This document shows, piece by piece, positions 19,875 through 27,768 of a DNA stretch of 64,000 nucleotides. Within the stretch, counting starts at the first letter, position 1; each line of letters starts with the position of its first letter. The notes beneath the pieces were generated by a model, which did no database searches, was not told the DNA's origin, and saw only the letters and a list, made by a program, of their open reading frames with translations. A program made the translations under genes and the position numbers. Source of the stretch: Minisyncoccota bacterium (lineage in GTDB: Bacteria; Patescibacteriota; Minisyncoccia; Phycocordibacterales; JABMNX01); NCBI GenBank assembly GCA_040876885.1, contig JBBDOU010000012.1, forward strand, positions 5,986-69,985, read 5' to 3'.

Positions 19875-20444
19875 ATGGACCATATTAGTAAATACACAGA
19901 TAAAGACATGAAAGTAGAAAATCAGAACCTGAAGACTGTCGTGGTATTCCTCATCGGGATGTTTGTGGGGAGTTTTTCTCTGTGGATGTGGACAGCTACT
20001 CAAGATGCACTTTCTGAGAAGGTGCAGGTGACGCCAAATACAGAAGAAATTATTGAAGAAGATTCTACAGTATTAGAAAGTACACAAGGTGTCTCTAGCA
20101 ACACACCAACACAAGAGCGTCTTGTGCGTAACGATGCAATTATTGTACAAAATCAAAAACCAGGAATGACTGTTGTTATTGATAAAGCAGTACTTGAAGA
20201 AGATGGGTGGATAGTGATTCATGAAGGAACCGTAAGTCATATTGGAAATGCACTCGGCGCGTCTCGGTTTGATAAAGGTGAGCACAGTGGTGTCGTAGAG
20301 CTTCTCCGGTCAACAGAGCGGGGTGTTATATATCGCGCAGTACTGTATCGTGACAACGGTGATAAAGAATTCAGTCTAGACTCAGACTTTCCATTTTTAC
20401 AAAATGGAAATCAACCAGTGCTCACCACGTTTATTGTTGAGTAA
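19875..20444 (+). CDS. Hypothetical membrane-anchored protein (N-terminal TM, extracytoplasmic beta-rich domain)
   Basis: The ATG sits 1 nt after the upstream stop. The first 11 codons of the track ORF (19842) overlap the upstream gene and are probably not translated. Confidence 0.5.
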   Translation: MDHISKYTDKDMKVENQNLKTVVVFLIGMFVGSFSLWMWTATQDALSEKVQVTPNTEEIIEEDSTVLESTQGVSSNTPTQERLVRNDAIIVQNQKPGMTVVIDKAVLEEDGWIVIHEGTVSHIGNALGASRFDKGEHSGVVELLRSTERGVIYRAVLYRDNGDKEFSLDSDFPFLQNGNQPVLTTFIVE

Positions 20445-20459
20445 GTAACAGAAATATAC

Positions 20460-20969
20460 ATGGAACCAGTATTTTTTAGCTCCACTATTGTCATATTCGG
20501 ACAGCTCATCCTCGCAATACTCTTAGGGACGATTCTTGGGACAGAGCGTTCAGTGGTTGCAAACAAACGAGCGGGAACGCGGACCTATGCCCTTGTTGCA
20601 CTTGGATCATGTTTGTTCTCCGTGATTTCTATTCAGGTGACGAGTCAGTACCTTGGGTTGGTGAATTTTGACCCAATGCGGGTGACCGCGGGGATTATTA
20701 CCGGCATTGGTTTCTTAGGTGCGGGGATTATCATTTTCAAAGATAGTACACTTCAGGGACTTACAACCGCTGCGGGACTTTGGGTTTCAGCGGGGATTGG
20801 AGTCGCAGTCGCATTTGGACTTTATGCAATCGCGATTTTTACGACAATTTTGACCCTCCTTGTGTTTACAGTACTTTGGTTTGTTGAGCATAAACTCGAT
20901 AAGGCTTTCGATGAACAAAGTCGTATCAGACTAGTAAAAAACCAAGAAAGTGAAGCACCTCGAGATTAA
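20460..20969 (+). CDS. mgtC: MgtC/SapB family membrane protein
   Basis: LGTERSVVANKRAGTRTYALVALGS and GFLGAGIII blocks typical of MgtC. Confidence 0.8.
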   Translation: MEPVFFSSTIVIFGQLILAILLGTILGTERSVVANKRAGTRTYALVALGSCLFSVISIQVTSQYLGLVNFDPMRVTAGIITGIGFLGAGIIIFKDSTLQGLTTAAGLWVSAGIGVAVAFGLYAIAIFTTILTLLVFTVLWFVEHKLDKAFDEQSRIRLVKNQESEAPRD

Positions 20970-21249
20970 ACTTCGATTCAAGTTCGAATCTGAGACTTGG
21001 CTGTGTTTGTAAAACACTTTACAGGTTTTCTTATATGGGTTATTAATAATAAGGACAGAGGTGAATTGACACCCCAGGGAGTAAGTACTCTTTGAGCTTG
21101 CCACACGTTCAATCACACCAAAATGGTGGGGTTGAAGTGCAACTTGGCAAGCTTTTTCTTTTGTTGGAAATATATAGATGGTGTCCCAGAACTAATCTCA
21201 TTTAAGGATGTTATCTTTTTATAATTTAGGGCAGTTTGGTGTTTAATAT

Positions 21250-21290
21250 AAAAACGAGCAACTGGTTTCTCAGGTGCTCGTTTTCTTTTG
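21250..21290 (-). terminator. Bidirectional intrinsic terminator downstream of purN (ACGAGCA-loop-TGCTCGT)
   Basis: A 7-bp stem with A-run and T-run flanks. Confidence 0.55.
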
Positions 21291-21304
21291 ATAGGTAAGT
21301 GAGT

Positions 21305-21865
21305 TTAGTCCTTAATGAGCTCTTGGATTATTTTTGGATAGAGTTTCCGCTCAACCTCTTTAATACGTTCATGCAGACTTTCCTCTGTGTCGCCCGTGAT
21401 GACAGGAACTGGTTCCTGAGCAATGATGAGACCTGCATCAAGTTCTGCGGTTGCCATGTATATGGTACACCCGGAGATTTTAACACCGTAATCAAGCGCA
21501 TCTCTCACTGCGTGGTTTCCTTTAAATGATGGAAGGAGTGAGGGATGCGTATTCAGAAACCTAAACTGATAGGCTCCCGGCTCAAACATAAGCGACGAGA
21601 AGACTGTCATAAAACCATCCATCGCAACCAACCCAATTTCATGTGCGCAAAGAAGTGTCAGTGTGTCTTGCGTGTACTTACATCTGTCAAAATCAGGCCC
21701 AAAAGTCCGAGGCAACAACACCGACGGTATCTTCGCTTCTTTCGCGATTTCAAATGCACCACAATTTCGGTCCACCACCACAAGTTTAATCGGTAATCCT
21801 TGCTCAATCATAGCGGCAAGGATTGAACCTGTACCTGAAGCAAGCACAGCAAGTTGGTGAGACAT
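21305..21865 (-). CDS. purN: Phosphoribosylglycinamide formyltransferase
   Basis: The N-terminal LASGTGS folate-binding loop, the catalytic NTHPSLLPSFKG motif and a C-terminus like PurN, 186 aa. Confidence 0.85.
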   Translation of the reverse strand: MSHQLAVLASGTGSILAAMIEQGLPIKLVVVDRNCGAFEIAKEAKIPSVLLPRTFGPDFDRCKYTQDTLTLLCAHEIGLVAMDGFMTVFSSLMFEPGAYQFRFLNTHPSLLPSFKGNHAVRDALDYGVKISGCTIYMATAELDAGLIIAQEPVPVITGDTEESLHERIKEVERKLYPKIIQELIKD

Positions 21866-21982
21866 GATGTTTCTCTCTTATCTTGTTTATCTATTCTACA
21901 TAGAAACCTAGCACACTTTGAGGGGGGATTCCAATATGATTTTATTTTCCAATCTATAATACTTTAGGGTATAATTTTTTAC

Positions 21983-22420
21983 ATGAAAGAAGCGGTATTA
22001 GAAATTCTAAATAAGGGCTACTTAATGAGTCTTGCAACATTTGACGACAGCGTCTGGGTCTCTGACCTTATCTACATTTATGACGAAGATTTGAATATCT
22101 ATTGGATGTCAGACCCAGCGGTGCGGCACTCAAAAGCTCTTGTGAAAAATAATCTTGTTGCGGGCACTATTACAATAAGTAACCATGGAAAAGAACCTAA
22201 TCTCGGTATCCAGTTTTCAGGGAAGGCTCTAAAAATAGAAGGTCCTCGACATGATTTAGCAGTGAAGCATCTAAAAAAGAGGGGTCATCCGGAACCAAAA
22301 GAAGAAGACGATGTTTTGGACGGTGACTCTTGGTACATGCTCGTGCCAGATAAGATAGATATTATTGATGAAGAAAAATATGGGTATGACAAGAGGTCTT
22401 TAGACTTAAGTAACGAGTGA
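21983..22420 (+). CDS. Pyridoxamine 5'-phosphate oxidase-like FMN-binding split-barrel protein (general stress protein 26-like)
   Basis: Length and pattern fit the PNPOx-like fold (YLMSLATFDDS...VAGTITIS). Confidence 0.55.
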   Translation: MKEAVLEILNKGYLMSLATFDDSVWVSDLIYIYDEDLNIYWMSDPAVRHSKALVKNNLVAGTITISNHGKEPNLGIQFSGKALKIEGPRHDLAVKHLKKRGHPEPKEEDDVLDGDSWYMLVPDKIDIIDEEKYGYDKRSLDLSNE

Positions 22421-22459
22421 TATTTACATAATAACTTCATTTTGTGATAACATTATTGT

Positions 22460-22744
22460 ATGGAAACACTTATACAGGCCGATATATTTTTCTTTATTAC
22501 AAGTATTGCGGTGGTTGTTATCACCGTAGCGCTTTGTATTGTCGCGTATTTTGCATTTAGAGCATTTCGCGTCTTAAAGGAAATAGGTGAAATAGTGCGA
22601 GATGAAGCAAAGTTAATAAAGGAAGATATTGACGGTGCACGTAACACGATACGCACCAACACAAAGGTTATTAATACAATTATTAAGTCAGTTGCGGGAG
22701 TTGGTTCTAAAAAGAAAAAGACCACGCGTACTGAAAAAGAATAA
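22460..22744 (+). CDS. DUF948-like small membrane-anchored coiled-coil protein
   Basis: An N-terminal TM helix followed by a coiled-coil segment (EIGEIVRDEAKLIKEDIDGARNTI). Confidence 0.45.
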   Translation: METLIQADIFFFITSIAVVVITVALCIVAYFAFRAFRVLKEIGEIVRDEAKLIKEDIDGARNTIRTNTKVINTIIKSVAGVGSKKKKTTRTEKE

Positions 22745-22759
22745 ATAATATACATATCT

Positions 22760-23164
22760 ATGGCAACAAAAAAGAAATCATCACATGGAGTAGCAAAGAG
22801 TGGACTTCTATTAGCGGGAGTAGCCGCAGCTGCAGCAGCAGGCGCATACTATCTCTACGGACCAAAAGGAAAACAGCATCGAACAAAAATAAAGAGCTGG
22901 ACGCTTAAAGCGCAGGGCGAAGTCATGGAGCGTGTAGAAAAACTTAAAGAAGTAGATCGAGAATCGTTAAATAAGATAGTAGACATGGTCGCAAAAAAAT
23001 ACAAAACTGCACAAGGTGTCTCAACAGCTGAGGTAATGGAATTTGCTAAAGACGTGAAAGGTCAGTGGGACCACATTGAAAAAGAATTTAAAAAAGGTGC
23101 AAAAAAGGGTAAGACTGCAACAAAGAAAGCAGTGAAAAAAGCTAAAAAATCAGCCAAGAAGTAG
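22760..23164 (+). CDS. YtxH-like protein (glycine-zipper TM, Lys-rich tail)
   Basis: The N-terminus GLLLAGVAAAAAAGAYYLYGPKGKQHR resembles the YtxH signature. Confidence 0.5.
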   Translation: MATKKKSSHGVAKSGLLLAGVAAAAAAGAYYLYGPKGKQHRTKIKSWTLKAQGEVMERVEKLKEVDRESLNKIVDMVAKKYKTAQGVSTAEVMEFAKDVKGQWDHIEKEFKKGAKKGKTATKKAVKKAKKSAKK

Positions 23165-23194
23165 TAATAGCTACTGTATCGACATTCATCAATT

Positions 23195-24325
23195 ATGAAA
23201 AAAACACTCTTTATTGTAATAGCGCTCCTTATCATAACAGCAGTTCCAGTCTCTGCGGCAACATTTAAAGTGAGTGACGCGTACGAATATACTGGAAATG
23301 GAGACGTTGGTGATATGTACATAGCAGGAGGCGCTATAGATATATCGGGAGACATTACTGGAGACGGAGTTATTGCTGGTGGAGATATTTCTATTTTAGG
23401 AAATGTTTCGCAAGACATGATGCTTGCTGGAGGCTCAGTTCGTCTTCTTGGTTCTGTTGGGGATGATGCTCGTGTTGTTGGTGGGAATATTACCGTCTCA
23501 AGCAATGTCGCTGATGACCTCGTTGTCGTCGGTGGACTCGTCAGGATTCTCTCAGACACCACGGTCCTTGGAGACATGGTTGTTGTAGGGGGAAGTGTCA
23601 TTATGAACGGTAGCGTTGCGGGCGACCTTACTATATATGCAGAAGAAGTTGTTATTAATGGGCCGGTTAGTGGAAACGTCGTGCTCCATTTTGCAAAAAA
23701 GATAACATTTGGTGAAGGTTCACTTATAGCGGGAAATCTTACGTATTCTGGACGAGAAGATTTAGAGATAGGAGAAGGGGTGATTGTTGGTGGAACTATT
23801 ACCCGTGTAGACTCTCCTATGAAGCAGTTTGAACTCAATAAGGGAGATATGCGAGAAATACTTGGATTCTTCTTCTTTATAAAACTAGCACTTATGCTTA
23901 TCACAGGAGTTCTTGCTGTACTTGTCTTTAGAAGATTTTCAAAGACTGTTGGAGTAGAAACTTACGAAAGTTTCTGGAAGAACACGCTTATTGGATTCAT
24001 CACATTAATTGTTGTGCCGTTTGCGACACTCCTACTCTTTGCAACCGTTATTGGGGCGTATCTCGGAGTTATTCTCCTTGGAGTATATGCACTGATGCTT
24101 ATCGTTTCAAAAGTGTTCACCGGTATTGTTGCAGGCGCACTACTCTCAAAATGGATTAAGAAGGAAATTATTGTGGATTGGAAATGGGTGATACTTGGTA
24201 TTATTGCGCTTCAAGCACTATGTTTCGTACCCTTTATCGGAAGTCTACTTGGGTTCATTGTTGTACTCGCAACATTTGGAACTATCGGAATGCTCGTATA
24301 CAAGAATCTCTGGCTTAATCGATAA
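23195..24325 (+). CDS. Bactofilin-like (polymer-forming cytoskeletal repeat) secreted beta-helix protein with C-terminal 4-TM domain
   Basis: A signal peptide, then about 10 G/V/I-rich pseudo-repeats (GGxIxISGDIxGD), then hydrophobic helices. Confidence 0.55.
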   Translation: MKKTLFIVIALLIITAVPVSAATFKVSDAYEYTGNGDVGDMYIAGGAIDISGDITGDGVIAGGDISILGNVSQDMMLAGGSVRLLGSVGDDARVVGGNITVSSNVADDLVVVGGLVRILSDTTVLGDMVVVGGSVIMNGSVAGDLTIYAEEVVINGPVSGNVVLHFAKKITFGEGSLIAGNLTYSGREDLEIGEGVIVGGTITRVDSPMKQFELNKGDMREILGFFFFIKLALMLITGVLAVLVFRRFSKTVGVETYESFWKNTLIGFITLIVVPFATLLLFATVIGAYLGVILLGVYALMLIVSKVFTGIVAGALLSKWIKKEIIVDWKWVILGIIALQALCFVPFIGSLLGFIVVLATFGTIGMLVYKNLWLNR

Positions 24326-24428
24326 AGATTAAAAGAGAAAAGGCAGGAAAATAAACAACAAGAACCCTCTTGTTGTTTATTTTTTTATAATATTTTCCTC
24401 TGTTTTACGTGGTATACTTTCTGTACTT

Positions 24429-25301
24429 ATGGGAGCTTTTTATAACCCAAATAGAGGAGTTGACTGGAACTATGGCGGTAAACGATGGCGTCTTTCCCGT
24501 TCAAAGATAGACCTTTTCACAGAATGTCCTCGATGTTTCTATCTTGATAACAAGCTTGGTACAAAACGACCTCCGGGGTATCCTCTAAACCTCAATATCG
24601 CAGTTGATACACTGCTCAAGAAAGAGTTTGATATCCACCGAACCAAAAAGACTCCGCATCCACTTATGACTGAGTATGGGATTGATGCGGTCCCGTTTGA
24701 GCACAATGACATGAATATATGGCGAGACAACTTTAAGGGGATTGCGTGTCTTCATGCACCGACAAACCTTGTGGTCTCCGGTGCTGTTGATGACATCTGG
24801 GTTACTCCAAACAACGAACTTATTATTGTTGATTACAAAGCAACGAGTAAGGACGGAGAAGTAAATCTTGATGCTGAGTGGCAGAACGGATACAAGCGAC
24901 AGATGGAAGTGTATCAATGGCTCTTTAGGCAGAATGGATTTACTGTTTCTGACACCGGGTATTTTGTCTATGTAAATGGAAAGACTGATGTTGATACATT
25001 TGATGGAAAACTCGAGTTTGATATTAAAGTTCTTTCATACACAGGAGAGGGTAGTTGGATAGAACCCATACTTTCAGATATTAAAGAGTGTCTTCTGTCT
25101 GAGCGCATTCCTGCTGCGGGAAAAGAATGCGACTATTGCCCATATCGGGAAGTTGCAGGCAAGAAATTACAAGCTATTCATGGTGCACAAAATAAGACCC
25201 AAGAGACAACTCCAAAGGACTCTGTAGAAGCAAAATCAAAGAAGACACCTGCAAAGAAAGAAACTAAAGAGGAGCAGGTTGATACCGGTACACTTTTTTA
25301 A
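24429..25301 (+). CDS. Cas4/RecB-like PD-(D/E)xK nuclease with Cys cluster (stand-alone)
   Basis: N-terminal CPRC, the motif IIVDYK (D-x-K), QxxxY (RQMEVYQ) and C-terminal CDYC. The tail is Lys/Glu-rich. Confidence 0.65.
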   Translation: MGAFYNPNRGVDWNYGGKRWRLSRSKIDLFTECPRCFYLDNKLGTKRPPGYPLNLNIAVDTLLKKEFDIHRTKKTPHPLMTEYGIDAVPFEHNDMNIWRDNFKGIACLHAPTNLVVSGAVDDIWVTPNNELIIVDYKATSKDGEVNLDAEWQNGYKRQMEVYQWLFRQNGFTVSDTGYFVYVNGKTDVDTFDGKLEFDIKVLSYTGEGSWIEPILSDIKECLLSERIPAAGKECDYCPYREVAGKKLQAIHGAQNKTQETTPKDSVEAKSKKTPAKKETKEEQVDTGTLF

Positions 25302-25309
25302 TTTTTTAT

Positions 25310-25768
25310 ATGCACGGACTTGATACGGAAAAACAAATATTTTTTTACGAGCAGGAGTTTTATGTGTTCTCAAACTTTTCTTCTTTTGCACTAGAGTGGA
25401 AAGGAGAAGTGTGGATGACTTCAGAACACGCGTATCATGCAGAAAAGTTTAATGACACAGAGCTCTTAGAGGCGCTACAGCAGAGTCGTTCTGCACACGA
25501 TGCTATGAACATAGCGTACAGCAACAAAGATAAATACAGAGAAGATTGGGATGCTATAAAGCTTGATGTGATGAGAGAGATTCTTCATGCCAAAGTAGCT
25601 CAGCATCCATATGTTAAGAAAAAGCTTCTTGAGTCCGGAGATAAGGAATTGGTAGAAAACTCTTGGAGGGACAATTTCTGGGGTTGGGGTGAAAATAAAA
25701 ACGGAAAGAACCACTTAGGGAAATTATGGATGCAGGTGCGTGAGGAGGTAAGGGCTCATGATGAATAA
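25310..25768 (+). CDS. NADAR domain protein (YbiA-like ADP-ribosyl hydrolase/N-glycosidase)
   Basis: FSNFS, TSEHAYHAEKF and LVENSWRDNFWGWGENKNGKNHLGKLWMQVRE align block-for-block with E. coli YbiA. Confidence 0.85.
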   Translation: MHGLDTEKQIFFYEQEFYVFSNFSSFALEWKGEVWMTSEHAYHAEKFNDTELLEALQQSRSAHDAMNIAYSNKDKYREDWDAIKLDVMREILHAKVAQHPYVKKKLLESGDKELVENSWRDNFWGWGENKNGKNHLGKLWMQVREEVRAHDE

Positions 25769-26015
25769 TATGTTCACAGAAAAAGTACTGTCTATCGTAA
25801 AGAAGATTCCAAAAGGGGAGACACTTTCATATAAAGAAGTTGCAGAGCTTGCGGGCTCACCAAAAGCGTATCGAAAAGTAGGAAGCTTAATGAAAGCTAA
25901 TTATGACGAATCAATTCCGTGTCACCGCGTCATTAAGTCGGACGGTTCTCTTGGTGAATATAATAGAGGTGTTGATGTAAAGTATAAAAAACTTAAAGCA
26001 GAGGGTGCGTTTTAA
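25758..26015 (+). CDS. ogt: Methylated-DNA-protein-cysteine methyltransferase, minimal DNA-binding/active-site domain
   Basis: IPCHRVIKSDGSLGEY contains the canonical PCHRV active-site Cys. 85 aa. It overlaps the NADAR gene by 11 nt. Confidence 0.8.
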   Translation: MMNNMFTEKVLSIVKKIPKGETLSYKEVAELAGSPKAYRKVGSLMKANYDESIPCHRVIKSDGSLGEYNRGVDVKYKKLKAEGAF

Positions 26016-26692
26016 GAAGACCAGTCTACAGCACGACGGTTGTTTTGGGATAAGTATTCGTTTGCACATTTAAAGTGGTTGCAACCCAAGAATCCTCGAT
26101 GTGCTGAAAGCGGTGATGGATGGGGTGCTGTAAGAATCAGGTGTTTACGCTCGTCAATGAGCGCTGTCTTCTTTTGTGCGTACGCTCCCCAAAGCATAAA
26201 CACCACGTGGTTGTCGTTTCGTGAGATAGCAGAGATAACTGCGTCAGTAAATTCATGCCACCCATAGTCAGCGTGAGAGTTCGGCTCACCTTTACGTACA
26301 GAAAGGGATGTATTAAGGAGAAACACTCCTTGCTTCACCCAACGAGAAAGGTCAGGGTCTGTATTTGCAGATTCTCCATACTCAAGTATGAGCTCTTTGA
26401 ATATATTCTGGAGAGACGGAGGGACTTGATTATGAGTGCTCGTTGAGAATGCCAACCCATCGGCAACTCCTGGTGTGTGATAGGGGTCCTGTCCTAAAAT
26501 AACCACACGGATATTTTCTGGTGGGCATAGTTCAAATGCACGAAAAATTTGTCGAGGGGGTGGATATACTATTTTTTTAAGATACTCCTCTCGGACTTTT
26601 AGTGTGAGTCCTTTGAAGTATACTTTATCAAACTCCTCAGCAATAAGGTTCTTCCATGCAATAGGTATGTGGATAGTATTTGATTCCACCAT
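26012..26692 (-). CDS. ung: Uracil-DNA glycosylase (family 1)
   Basis: GQDPYH water-activating loop, HPSPLS and a C-terminal His. The start was moved to the internal Met (MVESN...) because the 51-codon upstream extension has no Ung homology. Confidence 0.85.
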   Translation of the reverse strand: MVESNTIHIPIAWKNLIAEEFDKVYFKGLTLKVREEYLKKIVYPPPRQIFRAFELCPPENIRVVILGQDPYHTPGVADGLAFSTSTHNQVPPSLQNIFKELILEYGESANTDPDLSRWVKQGVFLLNTSLSVRKGEPNSHADYGWHEFTDAVISAISRNDNHVVFMLWGAYAQKKTALIDERKHLILTAPHPSPLSAHRGFLGCNHFKCANEYLSQNNRRAVDWSS

Positions 26693-26728
26693 ATATATGT
26701 AGTGTAGCAGTAGTGCCCCTGTTCTGCT

Positions 26729-27325
26729 ATGATGCTTGAATATATGATACATACCCCTAACATAGAGCGCGCAATACACAAAGCTTCTCTCCTCCATCGA
26801 AAACAGGTTCGAAAGGGTGCGGATGAACTCCCCTATATTACCCACCTCTTTTCAGTGTTTGTTATTTTAGCCAAATATACGCACGATGAAGATGTTCTCA
26901 TTGGAGGATTACTTCACGACACACTCGAGGACACTGAGTATCAAGGAAGTGATTTAGAGAACGATTTTGGTCCAATAGTCAGGAAGATTGTTGAAGGGGT
27001 GACTGAGCCGAAAAAGAAAGATGGTATTGTTATGCCGTGGGAAGACAGGAAGCGCGCATATGTTGCAGGCCTTCAATCTAGTTCAAGAAAATCTCTTATG
27101 GTGTCAGCTGCGGATAAGATTCATAATTTCCAGTCAATTATTGATATGTATGCGGACAAAGCAGATAATTTTAAAAAAGATTTTACATCAGCAGATCGAC
27201 TGAGGTTTTATGAAAATGTTGTTGCTGTAATCAATCACGGACTCGGTGAGAAAGAGCCTATTGTCACAGAACTCAACATCGTGTTTACCCGGTATCGAAT
27301 TTTTCTAGAAAAGGTTTATACTTAG
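26729..27325 (+). CDS. HD-domain (p)ppGpp-hydrolase-like protein (SpoT/Mesh1-type small alarmone hydrolase)
   Basis: RKGADELPYITHLFSVFVILA...LLHDTLEDT matches the RelA/SpoT HD signature. Confidence 0.65.
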   Translation: MMLEYMIHTPNIERAIHKASLLHRKQVRKGADELPYITHLFSVFVILAKYTHDEDVLIGGLLHDTLEDTEYQGSDLENDFGPIVRKIVEGVTEPKKKDGIVMPWEDRKRAYVAGLQSSSRKSLMVSAADKIHNFQSIIDMYADKADNFKKDFTSADRLRFYENVVAVINHGLGEKEPIVTELNIVFTRYRIFLEKVYT

Positions 27326-27332
27326 AGACTAT

Positions 27333-27755
27333 ATGTGGTTATTCTATGCATTTTTATCAGCTTTTATGGCAGCGCTCGTTGCTATATTTGCAAAGCTCGG
27401 CTTAAAAGAGCTTGACTCAACCCTTGCGACAACAATTCGTGCAATTATTATGGCGCTCTTCCTTGTCCTTGTCAGTTTCTTTTTTAATAAGTTTGACGCG
27501 TTTACTCTTACTAGTTTGAGTTCACGAGAATGGATTCTGATTGTTCTTGCAGGAATTGCTGGAGCACTTTCATGGTTGTTTTATTTTTTTGCGTTGAAAA
27601 ATGGTGTTGCAACAGAAGTGGTTGCTATCGACCGGTTAAGTATTGTCTTTGTGGTAATCTTAGCAGCGCTCTTCCTTGGAGAAGGGTTTGGCTGGAAGGT
27701 CGTACTCGGAGCACTTTTTATGGCAGGAGGGGCAATTTTAATAACACTTAAGTAA
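27333..27755 (+). CDS. EamA-like (DMT superfamily) 4-TM transporter
   Basis: A single EamA domain of 140 aa. Confidence 0.65.
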   Translation: MWLFYAFLSAFMAALVAIFAKLGLKELDSTLATTIRAIIMALFLVLVSFFFNKFDAFTLTSLSSREWILIVLAGIAGALSWLFYFFALKNGVATEVVAIDRLSIVFVVILAALFLGEGFGWKVVLGALFMAGGAILITLK

Positions 27756-27768
27756 TTTTTATTTTATT

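Noticed and set aside
20975-20995. tRNA-like T-loop sequence GTTCGAATC just after mgtC
   Set aside because: Flanking sequence cannot form an acceptor stem or T-stem (TCAAG versus CTGAG), so there is no cloverleaf.
23062-23904. 280-aa minus-strand ORF
   Set aside because: It is antisense to the bactofilin-like repeat gene. The Pro/Ser/Thr-rich translation is an artefact of the G/V/I codon repeats on the other strand.
26693-26845. 51-codon N-terminal extension of the ung ORF (track coordinates 26012-26845)
   Set aside because: The extension has no homology to Ung, the true N-terminus aligns from the internal Met (MVESN...), and the extension overlaps the divergent HD-hydrolase start.
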